Shown here: positions 9,616 through 19,081 of the stretch, piece after piece
Layout of the letters: each line of letters starts with the position of its first letter
Numbering within the stretch: position 1 is the stretch's first letter
IMG/VR virus record: IMGVR_UViG_3300004806_000019
Location: 1-64,000 of that record
From: a virus
Reading direction: 5' to 3' (one strand)
Length of the DNA: 64,000 bases
Translations under genes and position numbers: made by a program
The notes under the pieces: generated by a model
Seen by the model: only the letters and a program-made list of their open reading frames with translations
Told to the model about the DNA's origin: nothing
The model's database searches: none

Positions 9616-11163
9616 ATGAGTGAGCGTAAGCTTAGAGACTACCAGATCAAGGCCATCCATGATCTTCGGGTATCTCTGCGGTCAGGAAAGAAGCGTCCAG
9701 TGCTGCAACTGGCGACGGGTGGAGGCAAGACCGTTATTGCAGGAGAAATCATTTCCTTGGCGAGATCGAAGGGTCACAAGGTTCTGTTTGTGGTTCCGGC
9801 TATCAGCCTGATTGATCAGACCATCAAAAGTTTTTGGGATCATGGGATCCGAGATGTTGGGGTTATTCAGGCTGATCATCCCCTGACAGATCCTAGCAAG
9901 CCAGTGCAAGTGGCAAGCATCCAGACGCTGATTCGTCGGAAAAAGCCAGAGTTCAACCTCGCCATTGTAGACGAGTGCCATCGCCAATTTGAAAAAATGA
10001 ACGATTGGCTGAAATCGGAAGAGATGCAGAAAATCCCTGTGATTGGGGTTAGTGCTACGCCTTGGGCCAAGGGGATGGCGAAGACGTGGGATGATTTGAT
10101 TGTTTGCGCGACGACGCAACAGATGATCGATGACGAATGGCTGTGCAAGTTCAGGGTTTTTGCTCCTACCCATCCTGATTTGTCTGGGGTGAAGGTCGTT
10201 GCGGGGGATTACCATGAGGGGCAATTAGGGGAAAGGATGAACAAGCCAAAACTCGTTGCCGATATCGTTGAAACCTGGATTCGGATGGGAGAGGGGCGCC
10301 CTACACTGTGCTTTGCCGTCAATTGCGCCCATGCCAAAGCCTTGCAGGACAAGTTTGAATCTTCTGGAATCCCGGCTGGTTACATTGATGCTTACACTGA
10401 TTCTGATGATCGTGAGATCATCCGTAAGAAGTTTCATTCAGGTGAATATAAAGTTGTCGTTAATGTTGGAACCCTTACTACTGGAGTGGATTGGAACATA
10501 TGGTGTATAATTTTGGCAAGACCTACAAAAAGTGAAATGCTTTTTTGCCAAATTATTGGAAGAGGGTTGAGGCTTGCTGAAGGTAAGGAAAGTTGCTTGA
10601 TTTTAGACCATAGCAATACTCATACGAATTTGGGGTTCGTTACGGATATAATCCATGAAGAGTTAGACGATGGTAAGCCCAAAGGTCCAGCTAAGAAATC
10701 TGAACGGTTGCCGAAGGAATGCCCAAAGTGTCAAAACCTGCGTCCTGTCGGGGTTGTGGTTTGTCCTGCCTGTGGTTTCAAGCCAGAGGTCAAAGACATG
10801 GTTCAGCAGGAGGAAGGAGAGCTTATTGAGATTTCTCGGAAGGGCAGAGAAAAGGGCGGTCCTGCGAATTGCATTCGGATGGGAGGCATTTGGGTTCCCT
10901 TTGGAGAATTTTACGGGATGCTCAAATTCTACGCTAGGGAGAAGGGCTACAAGGAAGGTTGGGCGTCCAACAAATATCGCTCTGTGCTTGGTGTTTGGCC
11001 AAATGCTTACAAGTTCAGTCCTGCAATACCGCCATCTTGGGAGGTCGAGGCGTGGATAAAAGCGGATCAGAGGAAATGGGCGAAACAGCAACCCAAGAGC
11101 GCATTGCCATCATCACCGTGGAAGCCAAGATCCCCGTCAAGTGGGCTGAATGGTTGGCGATGA
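9616..11163 (+). CDS. SF2 DExH helicase with C-terminal zinc finger
   Basis: LRDYQ, LATGGGKT Walker A, DECH, SATP, LTTGVD, QIIGRGLR, CPKC..CPAC. Confidence 0.95.
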   Translation: MSERKLRDYQIKAIHDLRVSLRSGKKRPVLQLATGGGKTVIAGEIISLARSKGHKVLFVVPAISLIDQTIKSFWDHGIRDVGVIQADHPLTDPSKPVQVASIQTLIRRKKPEFNLAIVDECHRQFEKMNDWLKSEEMQKIPVIGVSATPWAKGMAKTWDDLIVCATTQQMIDDEWLCKFRVFAPTHPDLSGVKVVAGDYHEGQLGERMNKPKLVADIVETWIRMGEGRPTLCFAVNCAHAKALQDKFESSGIPAGYIDAYTDSDDREIIRKKFHSGEYKVVVNVGTLTTGVDWNIWCIILARPTKSEMLFCQIIGRGLRLAEGKESCLILDHSNTHTNLGFVTDIIHEELDDGKPKGPAKKSERLPKECPKCQNLRPVGVVVCPACGFKPEVKDMVQQEEGELIEISRKGREKGGPANCIRMGGIWVPFGEFYGMLKFYAREKGYKEGWASNKYRSVLGVWPNAYKFSPAIPPSWEVEAWIKADQRKWAKQQPKSALPSSPWKPRSPSSGLNGWR

Positions 11164-11450
11164 TTACGACCATGCCAAAGCCGGTTGATTACATGGATGC
11201 TAGATGGCAAAGGATCAAGAATGATGCTTGCCTGTTGATCGACAAGTGGCACAATCAGATCACCAAAAATGGCTGGGGAGTGAACGATATTAAGGGTTTG
11301 ATTGTCGTTATTGACGGAAATCCGGTGATAAACGTTGGCAGGGGTGATGTGACCGTCAAGGTTCTAGCGACGGGAACTGAGGAAAAGATTTTCTGGCGTC
11401 CAAATCCGGGGAAGGTTGCCCGGTGGGATTTTGGAAGGAGGAAGGCGTGA
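11076..11450 (+). CDS. hypothetical Trp-rich protein in the replication operon
   Basis: WAEWL..P....RWQ...DA...D.W....GW; start uncertain (11076 or 11160); TGATG coupling to the primase. Confidence 0.6.
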   Translation: MGETATQERIAIITVEAKIPVKWAEWLAMITTMPKPVDYMDARWQRIKNDACLLIDKWHNQITKNGWGVNDIKGLIVVIDGNPVINVGRGDVTVKVLATGTEEKIFWRPNPGKVARWDFGRRKA

Positions 11451-12373
11451 TGGGTGTGTCAATCATCGAACGGGCAGCAGGCCGATGGGATGAAATTCTT
11501 CCCAAGCTTGGGTTTGGTTCTGATTGGATGAGAAAAAAGCACGGTCCCTGTCCCATGTGCGGCGGGAAAGATCGGTACAGATGGGGAAACAAAAAGGGAT
11601 TGGGGGAATATTACTGCTCTGGGTGCGGAAATGGTTCGGGGTTTGACCTTCTGATGAAAAGTTTCAATCAGGATTTCAAGACGGTTGTGAAGAAAGTTGA
11701 GGAAATCATCGGGGAGGCCCCGCCCCCGAAGATCAAGCCGAAAAAGGAAAATCCCTATTTGCAGCGGAAGCTGATGGTCAGCCTTTGGGAATCCGGTCGG
11801 ACAGTGCAGTGGGACTGTCCGGTTGGAATGTATCTTTCAGGACGGGGGATCTGGCGGGATCATTTCCATCACCTGCGTTCGGCAATGGACGTAAGGTTCT
11901 CAGGCTCTCCTCCTATGACTTTCCCGGCCATGCTTGCCAAGGTAATCTCGCCAGAGGGGAAAGCCGTAAACATTCATCGGACCTTCCTGACGACTGACGG
12001 TGAGAAGGCTCCTGTGGGGAATGAATGCAAAAAGCTCATGTCGGGGATGGTTCCCGCCGGATCTGCGGTCAGGCTTTCCCCGGTGAAGGATGAAATGGGA
12101 ATTGCTGAAGGGATTGAGACGGCGCTTTCTGCGTCGATCTTGTTCAACATTCCGGTCTGGAGCGTTCTAAACGCCAACAATCTGATGAAGTTTGTTGTCC
12201 CAGACGGTGTGAAGCGTCTGGTGATCTTCAGCGACAACGATGCAAGTTTCACAGGACAGTCTGCGTCCTTTGCCTTGGCGAGGGAATTAGCCCTGAAGGG
12301 TAAGCTTCAAATCGAGGTAATGGTTCCGGCCAGAAGCGGGGAAGATTGGAACGATGTTTTGGTGAGGAAGTAA
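11450..12373 (+). CDS. DNA primase (zinc ribbon + TOPRIM, P4-alpha/TraC-like)
   Basis: HGPCPMCGGKDR, CSGCG, IHRTFL, IAEGIETALS, IFSDND, DWND. Confidence 0.92.
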   Translation: MGVSIIERAAGRWDEILPKLGFGSDWMRKKHGPCPMCGGKDRYRWGNKKGLGEYYCSGCGNGSGFDLLMKSFNQDFKTVVKKVEEIIGEAPPPKIKPKKENPYLQRKLMVSLWESGRTVQWDCPVGMYLSGRGIWRDHFHHLRSAMDVRFSGSPPMTFPAMLAKVISPEGKAVNIHRTFLTTDGEKAPVGNECKKLMSGMVPAGSAVRLSPVKDEMGIAEGIETALSASILFNIPVWSVLNANNLMKFVVPDGVKRLVIFSDNDASFTGQSASFALARELALKGKLQIEVMVPARSGEDWNDVLVRK

Positions 12374-12587
12374 GCCATGGGATATGGGTGTGGTTTTAAA
12401 ATCGACGCTATGGCCGAAAATTTGACCGGAGAGGCTCGTTTGTGGTGTCTCCGCTACCCCTATAGCAGAGAGGTAAAAATAGGGGCTTCCTAGGTCAAAA
12501 AATCTCATTTGATAAAAAACCACCTAAACCCTTCTCTCAGGTGGGACTGATTGTTGATTATCGTGGTGGGTTTGGTAGAATGCTGTT

Positions 12588-12684
12588 GCTCAACCGAGTT
12601 GGATGGTTCTCGGTCTGAGTGCTTGCTGGAGAGTGCAAACTTAATCCCCCGGCGCGGGTTGAATCGCTGCCGGGGGATTTTTTT
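12588..12684 (+). ncRNA. candidate ~97 nt small RNA
   Basis: Extended -10 TGGTAGAAT (12573-12581); hairpin starting at the predicted +1; second small hairpin; strong terminator; no credible ORF. Confidence 0.5.
12643..12684 (+). terminator. intrinsic terminator between convergent operons
   Basis: Perfect 11-bp stem AATCCCCCGGC/GCCGGGGGATT followed by a T-run. Confidence 0.8.
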
Positions 12685-12855
12685 ATTCCTTAACGTAGCG
12701 TGTTATCAGGAAACACAGGATTTCTATGGTCCTGGGAATTTTCCGCTGTCCTGATTCCCATCGATAAACAGCGGAAGGTGTAACTCCCAAGTTAAAAGCG
12801 GCTTGACTCTGTGTGTAACTCATGGAATCCCGCCATGTCTTAAAATCATCGGCTG

Positions 12856-13266
12856 TCATATTTCAGGCGATGTGTTGAAGGCTTTGACATAATTGCGATA
12901 GGTTTTAAATCCTCCCATTTTGTACCAGAGGTCTACAAGCTGTTGGTCATGGAAGTGTCCTTGACCGGGATCGCTGTTAGATTTCCCCTTGATTTCTGAG
13001 TAGGTTTCTCCCTCCCAGAACTTTTTTAATACGAGTTTTGCCTTTTGCAAATCGCAAGTGAATTGCCCTTTGGCGTTAACGCACAGATCTCTTAAATCAA
13101 TGTCCCCGTCATCAGTGAGAAGGCGCCCATAGCCATCATAAGTTCCGATAACTGGTGGGTTATCAGGCCGAAGAAGAACGACTTCAAACTGATCTTTGTC
13201 GTTTCCAGAGCAGGAGTTCATAATCGGTAGGTTGGTTTTAGCGCAAGTCCAAGAGAAGAAACCCAT
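12856..13266 (-). CDS. hypothetical early-region protein
   Basis: MGFFSWTC...G.YDGYG...SDPGQG; GGAGG RBS. Confidence 0.75.
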   Translation of the reverse strand: MGFFSWTCAKTNLPIMNSCSGNDKDQFEVVLLRPDNPPVIGTYDGYGRLLTDDGDIDLRDLCVNAKGQFTCDLQKAKLVLKKFWEGETYSEIKGKSNSDPGQGHFHDQQLVDLWYKMGGFKTYRNYVKAFNTSPEI

Positions 13267-13275
13267 TTTTGCCTC

Positions 13276-13668
13276 CTAGGAATAGACGCATTCGCCAAAG
13301 AGAGCGAGTTGAAGCCAGATGTCGGCGTGGTCGGCGTCGAAATCCTCATTGCGGATATCTGCCCAGAGGTGAGGACGATATTTCAGCATAAGCTTCCAGC
13401 CTTGTTCTAGGGATGCTGGAGTAAGCTTGAATGTCCCATCGTCCTCCCCGGCGACAATGTCGATTTCAAAATCCTTGGTGTAGAGAGAAGGCTCTGCATA
13501 CCAAGGCCCCTCATACTTCTCCCCAAGCTCTGCCTCAAATTCTTTTCTGGTTGGTTTCATCAGATAAGCACCGTCAATCCAATAGTTTGAGCCTCCCTCA
13601 AAGCATGTGATCATCAGGTGCCGGATGGTGTCCGTATCAAAAGCCAGATCTTCCGTGACGATTGTCAT
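13276..13668 (-). CDS. hypothetical acidic early-region protein
   Basis: EGGSNYW...DADHADIWLQLALFGE; coupled to the upstream ORF. Confidence 0.75.
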   Translation of the reverse strand: MTIVTEDLAFDTDTIRHLMITCFEGGSNYWIDGAYLMKPTRKEFEAELGEKYEGPWYAEPSLYTKDFEIDIVAGEDDGTFKLTPASLEQGWKLMLKYRPHLWADIRNEDFDADHADIWLQLALFGECVYS

Positions 13669-13964
13669 TGTGTGATCCCCTTTGCGAATTTTTCATTGAT
13701 GCGAATAACATCCTTAAAGGTCTTGATTGAGACTAAGGCGAGATTTTCACCACCAAACTCTAGTGATTTTTCTGTTACGCCTTCGATTATCCCAATTGCA
13801 ACGCCCATAAGCAGTGTTAATTGCGCCCTAGCTATTTCATTTTCCCCTTTTTCACTTATCGCTAACTCTATCAGGTCGAATCCTTGACCTAATTTAAGGT
13901 TCACATCGTCTACGGTTTTAGCGATAATATCAGCGACAATTTTGTCCATTATCATGGCTCCCAC
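13665..13964 (-). CDS. hypothetical protein
   Basis: Packed in the leftward array. Confidence 0.6.
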   Translation of the reverse strand: MGAMIMDKIVADIIAKTVDDVNLKLGQGFDLIELAISEKGENEIARAQLTLLMGVAIGIIEGVTEKSLEFGGENLALVSIKTFKDVIRINEKFAKGITQ

Positions 13965-14323
13965 CTGTCATGGATTGGAATAGCTTGGTTAATACAGTTT
14001 CCGGTGAGCCTTCTAACGAGTTCACTAATGCGGCTATCGGATGAATAGGCGAAGTTTCCCCCGAACATCGGTCCAGATCCCTTCTTCCTTTGAAGAGGAA
14101 CTAGGAAGCAATATTCCGGGTGATGAGCGTGGTTTTTAAGTTCAACGGCTGGGGCATCTTCAGATGCGGTGAAGAGTTGCGGAACACCATCGCCAATAAG
14201 AGTTAGCTTTATGGCTTTCCCGCTGATTCCGTCATATGTGCAATCTCCGAAGTTCGGATCGGCATTGCGATAGACGTACAAGGTCATTCCTTTGTTCATT
14301 TTATCGATCCAACATGAGGCCAA
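13952..14323 (-). CDS. hypothetical early-region protein
   Basis: GPMFGGNFAYSSDSR...IPIHDRWE; true start probably near 14299. Confidence 0.7.
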   Translation of the reverse strand: MASCWIDKMNKGMTLYVYRNADPNFGDCTYDGISGKAIKLTLIGDGVPQLFTASEDAPAVELKNHAHHPEYCFLVPLQRKKGSGPMFGGNFAYSSDSRISELVRRLTGNCINQAIPIHDRWEP

Positions 14324-14368
14324 GAACGAAAAGGGCGATGGCTGGTATTAAAACGACGATATATGCAT

Positions 14369-14749
14369 TCATTCTTCAGTCCTTTCTGGCATTCTTTCAT
14401 TTTTGATTGCGGTGATAACGCAGGCGACATCGAGCGGAAATCTTCTGGCTTGGCGACTGCTAACCCCGTAATGGTCTAGGTCGCATTCCAAAATTCTCTT
14501 CATTTTTCCCTTTTCATGTTGCCAAAGCACAAAGCCATGCTCCCCGGTTTGGACATGAAACTCGTCTGGTTTGAAATTGCTGCTTTCAATCATAATCATG
14601 TCGTCCACCTGATCATCGCAGGTAGGAACGGGAACAAGCTTAACGTCTGGAATATTCATTATTGCGCGTTCCAGGCGTTGATAAATCCACCTGGATTCTC
14701 CGAAGAAGAGATTCTCAGGCTTTTGCTCCATTGGTGTCCATTCGGTCAT
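14369..14749 (-). CDS. hypothetical protein
   Basis: ATG at 14749 behind GGAGG. Confidence 0.65.
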   Translation of the reverse strand: MTEWTPMEQKPENLFFGESRWIYQRLERAIMNIPDVKLVPVPTCDDQVDDMIMIESSNFKPDEFHVQTGEHGFVLWQHEKGKMKRILECDLDHYGVSSRQARRFPLDVACVITAIKNERMPERTEE

Positions 14750-14839
14750 TTTGTCCTCCAAAGTCTTCCTGTGACTCCTAAACCCCAGCTTGGGCTTTCA
14801 CCAAGTCTGGGGTTGAAGTTTTGATGGTTGAAAAAAATA

Positions 14840-15079
14840 TCAAATGATCCTTTCGTATTGATAATCCGCCCATTCATTCAGTTGCTTCATAAAGCGGTCG
14901 TAGTCCTCCTGAGAGAGGTTTACGGATGACATGAAGGCTTTGTCGGCGGCATTGACGTACTGCTCGACGTAGCTTTCTATGGCATCTTCAGAGATTGGCG
15001 CTTGAGGATCCGGAAATTCCCATGGCAGGGTGTCCAGGTCTTCCAGGTAGCATTGATGCTCGATCTCTTCAAAGGTCAT
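14840..15079 (-). CDS. hypothetical acidic protein
   Basis: AGGAGG RBS; strongly acidic 79 aa. Confidence 0.7.
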   Translation of the reverse strand: MTFEEIEHQCYLEDLDTLPWEFPDPQAPISEDAIESYVEQYVNAADKAFMSSVNLSQEDYDRFMKQLNEWADYQYERII

Positions 15080-15088
15080 TTATGCCTC

Positions 15089-15403
15089 CTAATAGCCTGC
15101 GGCTTCAGCTTCATAGTCTCGTTGGCTTGTGCTGATTTCCTTCCAATCCGGAAATCCATATTCATTAAGGGTTTTTCCGTCCCAGGAAGATTCTCCAGAT
15201 CGATCAAGGCGGCCATCACAATCGTTTGCCCGGTCTATCCATTCCCGGTGTATTTTTCCGCCATCGTTATAAATGGTTGTGGATTCTGACACCCATCCCT
15301 CTTCTGTATCCTCGTAATCGTACCAAGAGAAACGCTCTCCAGGGGCAAGCCGCACTGTCCTGCGACGGCCATTCCGATAGAACGGAACTAGGATTGTTCT
15401 CAT
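15089..15403 (-). CDS. hypothetical protein
   Basis: TEEGW...DCDGR...QRDYEAEAAGY; GGGGG RBS. Confidence 0.7.
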   Translation of the reverse strand: MRTILVPFYRNGRRRTVRLAPGERFSWYDYEDTEEGWVSESTTIYNDGGKIHREWIDRANDCDGRLDRSGESSWDGKTLNEYGFPDWKEISTSQRDYEAEAAGY

Positions 15404-15568
15404 TTATTCCCCCTTCTTGCAGATTTTGATGGCCTTGGCGCGATGTTTGCCTTTGAGGTATTCCAGCGACTGTTCAAAGTCTGCCGATGGAACCATGACC
15501 TGGATTATCATAATTCCATTGGTGCTTTTGAGTGCGACATCGAGTGCCGCTTGGGTATCTTTCGTCAT
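15404..15568 (-). CDS. small hypothetical protein (not in ORF track)
   Basis: 54 aa MTKDTQAALDVALK...; GAGGAGG RBS; abuts the next gene. Confidence 0.6.
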   Translation of the reverse strand: MTKDTQAALDVALKSTNGIMIIQVMVPSADFEQSLEYLKGKHRAKAIKICKKGE

Positions 15569-15646
15569 CGAAACCTCCTCTGTTTCTGACTCCTTAACCC
15601 CGCCAGGGTTTCCCCTGGCAGGGCTTTGAATTGCCTGGTTTTTTTG

Positions 15647-15844
15647 TTATGAATGTGTGTATCCATCCTCCTCTATGCCTAACCACATGCCACCCCAATG
15701 CACCATTAAGCAGTCTCCGAAAGCTCGTTGTACGGTCTTGCGAAAGGCTTTGTAGGAAATGCCTAATGGAGTGCGGTCATAGACCCGCTTTAAGGCTTTG
15801 CGCTGTTCTTTGGTGATGGGCATGGCTATTCTCCTAGTGACCAA
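15647..15844 (-). CDS. small hypothetical phage protein
   Basis: ITKEQRKALKRVY...MWLGIEEDGYTHS; likely start at the internal MPITK. Confidence 0.7.
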   Translation of the reverse strand: MVTRRIAMPITKEQRKALKRVYDRTPLGISYKAFRKTVQRAFGDCLMVHWGGMWLGIEEDGYTHS

Positions 15845-16056
15845 TCGATGTTTTCCAGGTCATCAGCGGCTTGCTCGACAAGGTTAATCTTCTCTTGTAG
15901 GTCTTCGCCCTTCTGGCTTTCCTGCCAAGTTTCTGTCTTGCCATAATAATAGTCCTGAAGGCGTTCTTGTTCTTCTCTGAGCATTTCAAGAGCTTCTGTC
16001 ACAAGGTCTTGCGCCCTTGAGTAGATATCTTTGTCGATCTCTGTTGCCTTTGCCAT
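15826..16056 (-). CDS. hypothetical acidic helical protein
   Basis: WQESQKGE motif; coupled to the upstream ORF. Confidence 0.7.
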   Translation of the reverse strand: MAKATEIDKDIYSRAQDLVTEALEMLREEQERLQDYYYGKTETWQESQKGEDLQEKINLVEQAADDLENIDWSLGE

Positions 16057-16247
16057 TATTCATCGTCCTCTGCGTTGTGTTCCCAATGGCCTATAGTGTT
16101 GCCATTGGAGTCTTTGATTTTGCCCATTGTGTCGCCACGATGGACGAGTCTGATAATGTCACTCAGGATAAATTCAATTTCGTCACGGTCTTGGTCATCC
16201 GTGAAAGCGTCATTATCGGTTTGAAACTCGATAAGGAAGTGCATCAT
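16056..16247 (-). CDS. small hypothetical phage protein
   Basis: TDNDAF...IKDSNGNTIGHW. Confidence 0.7.
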   Translation of the reverse strand: MMHFLIEFQTDNDAFTDDQDRDEIEFILSDIIRLVHRGDTMGKIKDSNGNTIGHWEHNAEDDE

Positions 16248-16507
16248 GCGGCCCCGACAAGTTCGGCATTATCTGCGTTGACGTTTTCACAAATTTTCCG
16301 GCAATGGTCCCATCGACCCCAATTGATAGCTTCCTGGCCAGATAGAAAGGCAAGCTGATGAATGATTAGATAGACGGCTTCATCCTGGCTGGGTTGAATG
16401 CCGTCTTCCTGGGCATCGTCTTCCGCTTTGACTAAAGCTCTGGCGATAGCACGGACGTTACAGGCGCCATCGTTGATAAAAATTGCATCTCTGTGTCTTG
16501 AATACAT
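16244..16507 (-). CDS. hypothetical protein, first gene of the leftward early array
   Basis: ATG at 16507 behind GGAAGG; ORF track extends to 16576. Confidence 0.65.
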   Translation of the reverse strand: MYSRHRDAIFINDGACNVRAIARALVKAEDDAQEDGIQPSQDEAVYLIIHQLAFLSGQEAINWGRWDHCRKICENVNADNAELVGAA

Positions 16508-16603
16508 GGCCAAACCTTCCCTGTTTTGCCTTGGTGATAAAGAAATTGTATGCCATTGGCATAGCTGTTTCAACAAAAAAGTTCTCAGGTAATCCCTGAT
16601 AGT

Positions 16604-16625
16604 CCCATTGGATCAATTTAATCCC
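16604..16625. promoter_or_regulatory. repeated operator-like motif, copy 1
   Basis: CCCATTGGATCAATTTAATCCC matches 29987-30008 at 20/22 positions; both lie at divergent intergenic sites. Confidence 0.6.
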
Positions 16626-16660
16626 CGCCAATGTCTTTCGCTTGTCAAGGTATGGGTTTT

Positions 16661-16669
16661 TGGTACAAT
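16661..16669 (+). promoter_or_regulatory. extended -10 promoter for the terS operon
   Basis: TGGTACAAT with ATG at 16676 at the expected +1. Confidence 0.55.
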
Positions 16670-16675
16670 AAGCCT

Positions 16676-17056
16676 ATGGAATCCCTAGATATTCAGATTT
16701 TAGACCAAGAGGCTTTGGTCACTGTGCTTGGCGAGGCGCTTCATAGTGCCTTGTCGGCGCTATCTGGCACGGATTTATCCCGTCACGATGTAGCACAAGA
16801 GGTAATTTATGCACTGGAGGACGCAGTGGAGGACGACGAGGCGCAGATCCATAGGGTTAGCGAGGATTTGGCGCAGACATTGGTTGTATTGGATCGATTG
16901 TCTGGGGGAGGCTCTGGCATCCTGCAAGACATGCTTGAAAAGCGTGTTGAAGCGATTAATCGGAAGCTGGACGATCTAAGGCGGTACATTGCAGCGAGGA
17001 AGGAAGGCTTGCGTGTAATGGAAGGCGTGAGCTACCGGGTTGACTATGAGCAGTAG
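16676..17056 (+). CDS. hypothetical helical protein
   Basis: MESLDIQILD...; first gene of the terS unit. Confidence 0.65.
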   Translation: MESLDIQILDQEALVTVLGEALHSALSALSGTDLSRHDVAQEVIYALEDAVEDDEAQIHRVSEDLAQTLVVLDRLSGGGSGILQDMLEKRVEAINRKLDDLRRYIAARKEGLRVMEGVSYRVDYEQ

Positions 17057-17264
17057 CGAGGAAGCTGTTCTGATCGTATCTGAGTGTGAAAAAACGATGC
17101 GTTGCAGCCTGCGGTATCCTCCTTGTGAAAGTGATATGGCTCTTGATTGGTATGCTGGTTTGGTCCGTTTGGTAATGATTTGCATGGCAGATAGTTTGAA
17201 GGTGCCACCGGAGAGAATGTTTAGGGCGGTAATGATGCACGATATTGAGGGAGGGATTAATTGA
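17040..17264 (+). CDS. hypothetical protein
   Basis: Overlaps both neighbours in operon fashion. Confidence 0.55.
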   Translation: MTMSSSEEAVLIVSECEKTMRCSLRYPPCESDMALDWYAGLVRLVMICMADSLKVPPERMFRAVMMHDIEGGIN

Positions 17265-17884
17265 GCAGAGCGCAGCCTAACTTGCTTCCTGGCGGTCTGA
17301 CGATGCGGCAGGCTAATTTCGTTACGGAGTATCTACGGACAGGCGTTGCAATCGACGCTTTCAAGAGGGCCGGGTATTCTTGGAAAAATTCGTCACCTAA
17401 CACCTTGAAGACTGATGTTTACAAGCTCCTGCGTCATCCGAAGATTGTTGACGCCATTGGAAAGGCTCACCACAGGGCGGCAGAAAAGAGTGATCTCACT
17501 GTAGACAAGCTTCAAAGGGAATTGATGCGGATTGCTTTCTCGGATGTCTCTGAAATCTGCGATTGGACACAGAACAGGGTTATTTTGCGATCTTCGGTAA
17601 AGATGGGGAGGGACCAAACCGCAGCGATCGCTGAAGTTAAGAAGACCAAGGATGGGGTTGTGGTCCGTATGCACGACAAGCTTTCAGCGATTGACAAGCT
17701 CTGCAAGATGCTGGGTTTGGCGGAAGGTGCCAAGAAGGCGGGGGACGATGCGAAGGATGTCACGCCAGAGACGGATGAATTGAGGAAGAAGCTGTTTAAG
17801 CTTCTATCAGACAGGAACCGCTCGGATCCGATAGACGAGCCTGCGATTCCTGCTCTGATCGACCAGCCTAATGACAATGGCTAG
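17261..17884 (+). CDS. terS: terminase small subunit
   Basis: LTMRQANFVTEYL...A..RAGYS, LLRHPKI, ELMRIAFSDV, HDKLSAIDKL.KMLG; GGAGGG RBS before TTG. Confidence 0.9.
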   Translation: MSRAQPNLLPGGLTMRQANFVTEYLRTGVAIDAFKRAGYSWKNSSPNTLKTDVYKLLRHPKIVDAIGKAHHRAAEKSDLTVDKLQRELMRIAFSDVSEICDWTQNRVILRSSVKMGRDQTAAIAEVKKTKDGVVVRMHDKLSAIDKLCKMLGLAEGAKKAGDDAKDVTPETDELRKKLFKLLSDRNRSDPIDEPAIPALIDQPNDNG

Positions 17885-18123
17885 ATTGGACGTTTTGGTT
17901 TCTGAAAGGGTTCAAGGCCAAATGCTATCGCGGCACACGCCAAAGCAATTTGATTTGATATTGGGGTTAGTTCCCCTTTGGCGTTTGTGTACCCGGCTTC
18001 CAGTTGCCAATACCAGTTTTGGGATAGTTCAAGGAGACGAGCGGCTTTCGCTTTGGAGAGGCCCAGGCTTTCCCTCCAGGCTAAAAGTTCGGAATGGTGG
18101 AACGCCATTTTCAGCCCTCCCAA
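17881..18123 (-). CDS. XRE-family HTH protein
   Basis: LLAWRESLGLSKAKAARLLELS...QLEAG...IALACAA. Confidence 0.8.
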   Translation of the reverse strand: MGGLKMAFHHSELLAWRESLGLSKAKAARLLELSQNWYWQLEAGYTNAKGELTPISNQIALACAAIAFGLEPFQKPKRPI

Positions 18124-18347
18124 TCGGAAATGTTGATTTTGATGGTATCTGGGGCGCTGTGAGAGGCGAATCTTTCCGTCTTGACGCTACCGGCATACAC
18201 GAGCAGGCCATTAGCGATCTTCTCAGCCTCTTCGGCGCTGATGTAAACCGTTCCTCTGACGTTAAGGACGGACAAGGCGATTTGGTCGCAATAGCGATGC
18301 AGGCTTATCGCGGCATCCTTGTAGGAAACGGATTTTTCATTTTGCAT
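18111..18347 (-). CDS. hypothetical protein
   Basis: Member of the small leftward cluster between terS and terL. Confidence 0.6.
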   Translation of the reverse strand: MQNEKSVSYKDAAISLHRYCDQIALSVLNVRGTVYISAEEAEKIANGLLVYAGSVKTERFASHSAPDTIKINISDWEG

Positions 18348-18353
18348 GATGGA

Positions 18354-18761
18354 TTACCCCTTGATTCGTTTGCAGTGAATGATCTGGGTGTTGTCGCCGT
18401 AGGAGACGCCATGCCACGTCGCTTTGATGTCTCCATTGGAGTCTGGCCCAGCAAACCACACATCATAACGTTTGCCGGCGATGTTATGCCGACCGAGGCG
18501 CCGTTGTCCGACAGTGAATCGGAGTGTACCGGGCCAATTAGAGATTTCGACCTTGCCCCAAGAGTAGTCTTCCTCTCTCGGGCCATGGATGAGGTAGAGC
18601 ATAATTTTCCCTTCCTCGGCCATTTCCTGTCGATCTTGCAAGGCGCAGCAGGCGTAGCAGAACTTGTGGCCATCGGAATTGGTGGCGTAACCCGTTCCGC
18701 ATGTCCCTTCGGGCGTTTCGAGGTCTTGGTCGCATTGAAAGCAATGGAAAGTGTCGGTCAT
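18354..18761 (-). CDS. hypothetical zinc-binding phage protein
   Basis: CFQC...GTGYA...CYACCA...SNWPG. Confidence 0.7.
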   Translation of the reverse strand: MTDTFHCFQCDQDLETPEGTCGTGYATNSDGHKFCYACCALQDRQEMAEEGKIMLYLIHGPREEDYSWGKVEISNWPGTLRFTVGQRRLGRHNIAGKRYDVWFAGPDSNGDIKATWHGVSYGDNTQIIHCKRIKG

Positions 18762-18764
18762 GGT

Positions 18765-18980
18765 TCAGGCCCTCATATTCAGGTAAACGAGACGGGCGCC
18801 CGGTGTGGCGTTGGAAAAGGTTTCTTTCTCGGTCGCCATCGTGAAGCCTTGAGCAATCTTTCCCTCAACCCAGAGAGATGCAGCTTTAGAGTCTTCCCCA
18901 AAGTGCATGGTCGTAGAGCGGGTAACGCCTTCCCCATTCTCCCGGCAACCCGCCTCGAAAGTGTAAAGTTTGTCAGTCAT
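18765..18980 (-). CDS. hypothetical protein
   Basis: AGGAG RBS; 71 aa. Confidence 0.65.
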   Translation of the reverse strand: MTDKLYTFEAGCRENGEGVTRSTTMHFGEDSKAASLWVEGKIAQGFTMATEKETFSNATPGARLVYLNMRA

Positions 18981-19081
18981 AGCTCACTCTCCTGTTGTAG
19001 ATACATTGTAGATACCCCGAAGCTTGGCGCTTCACTCAGGACCGACCAAAGCCGGTCCTGGCTGAAAAACCAAACGGCGGA

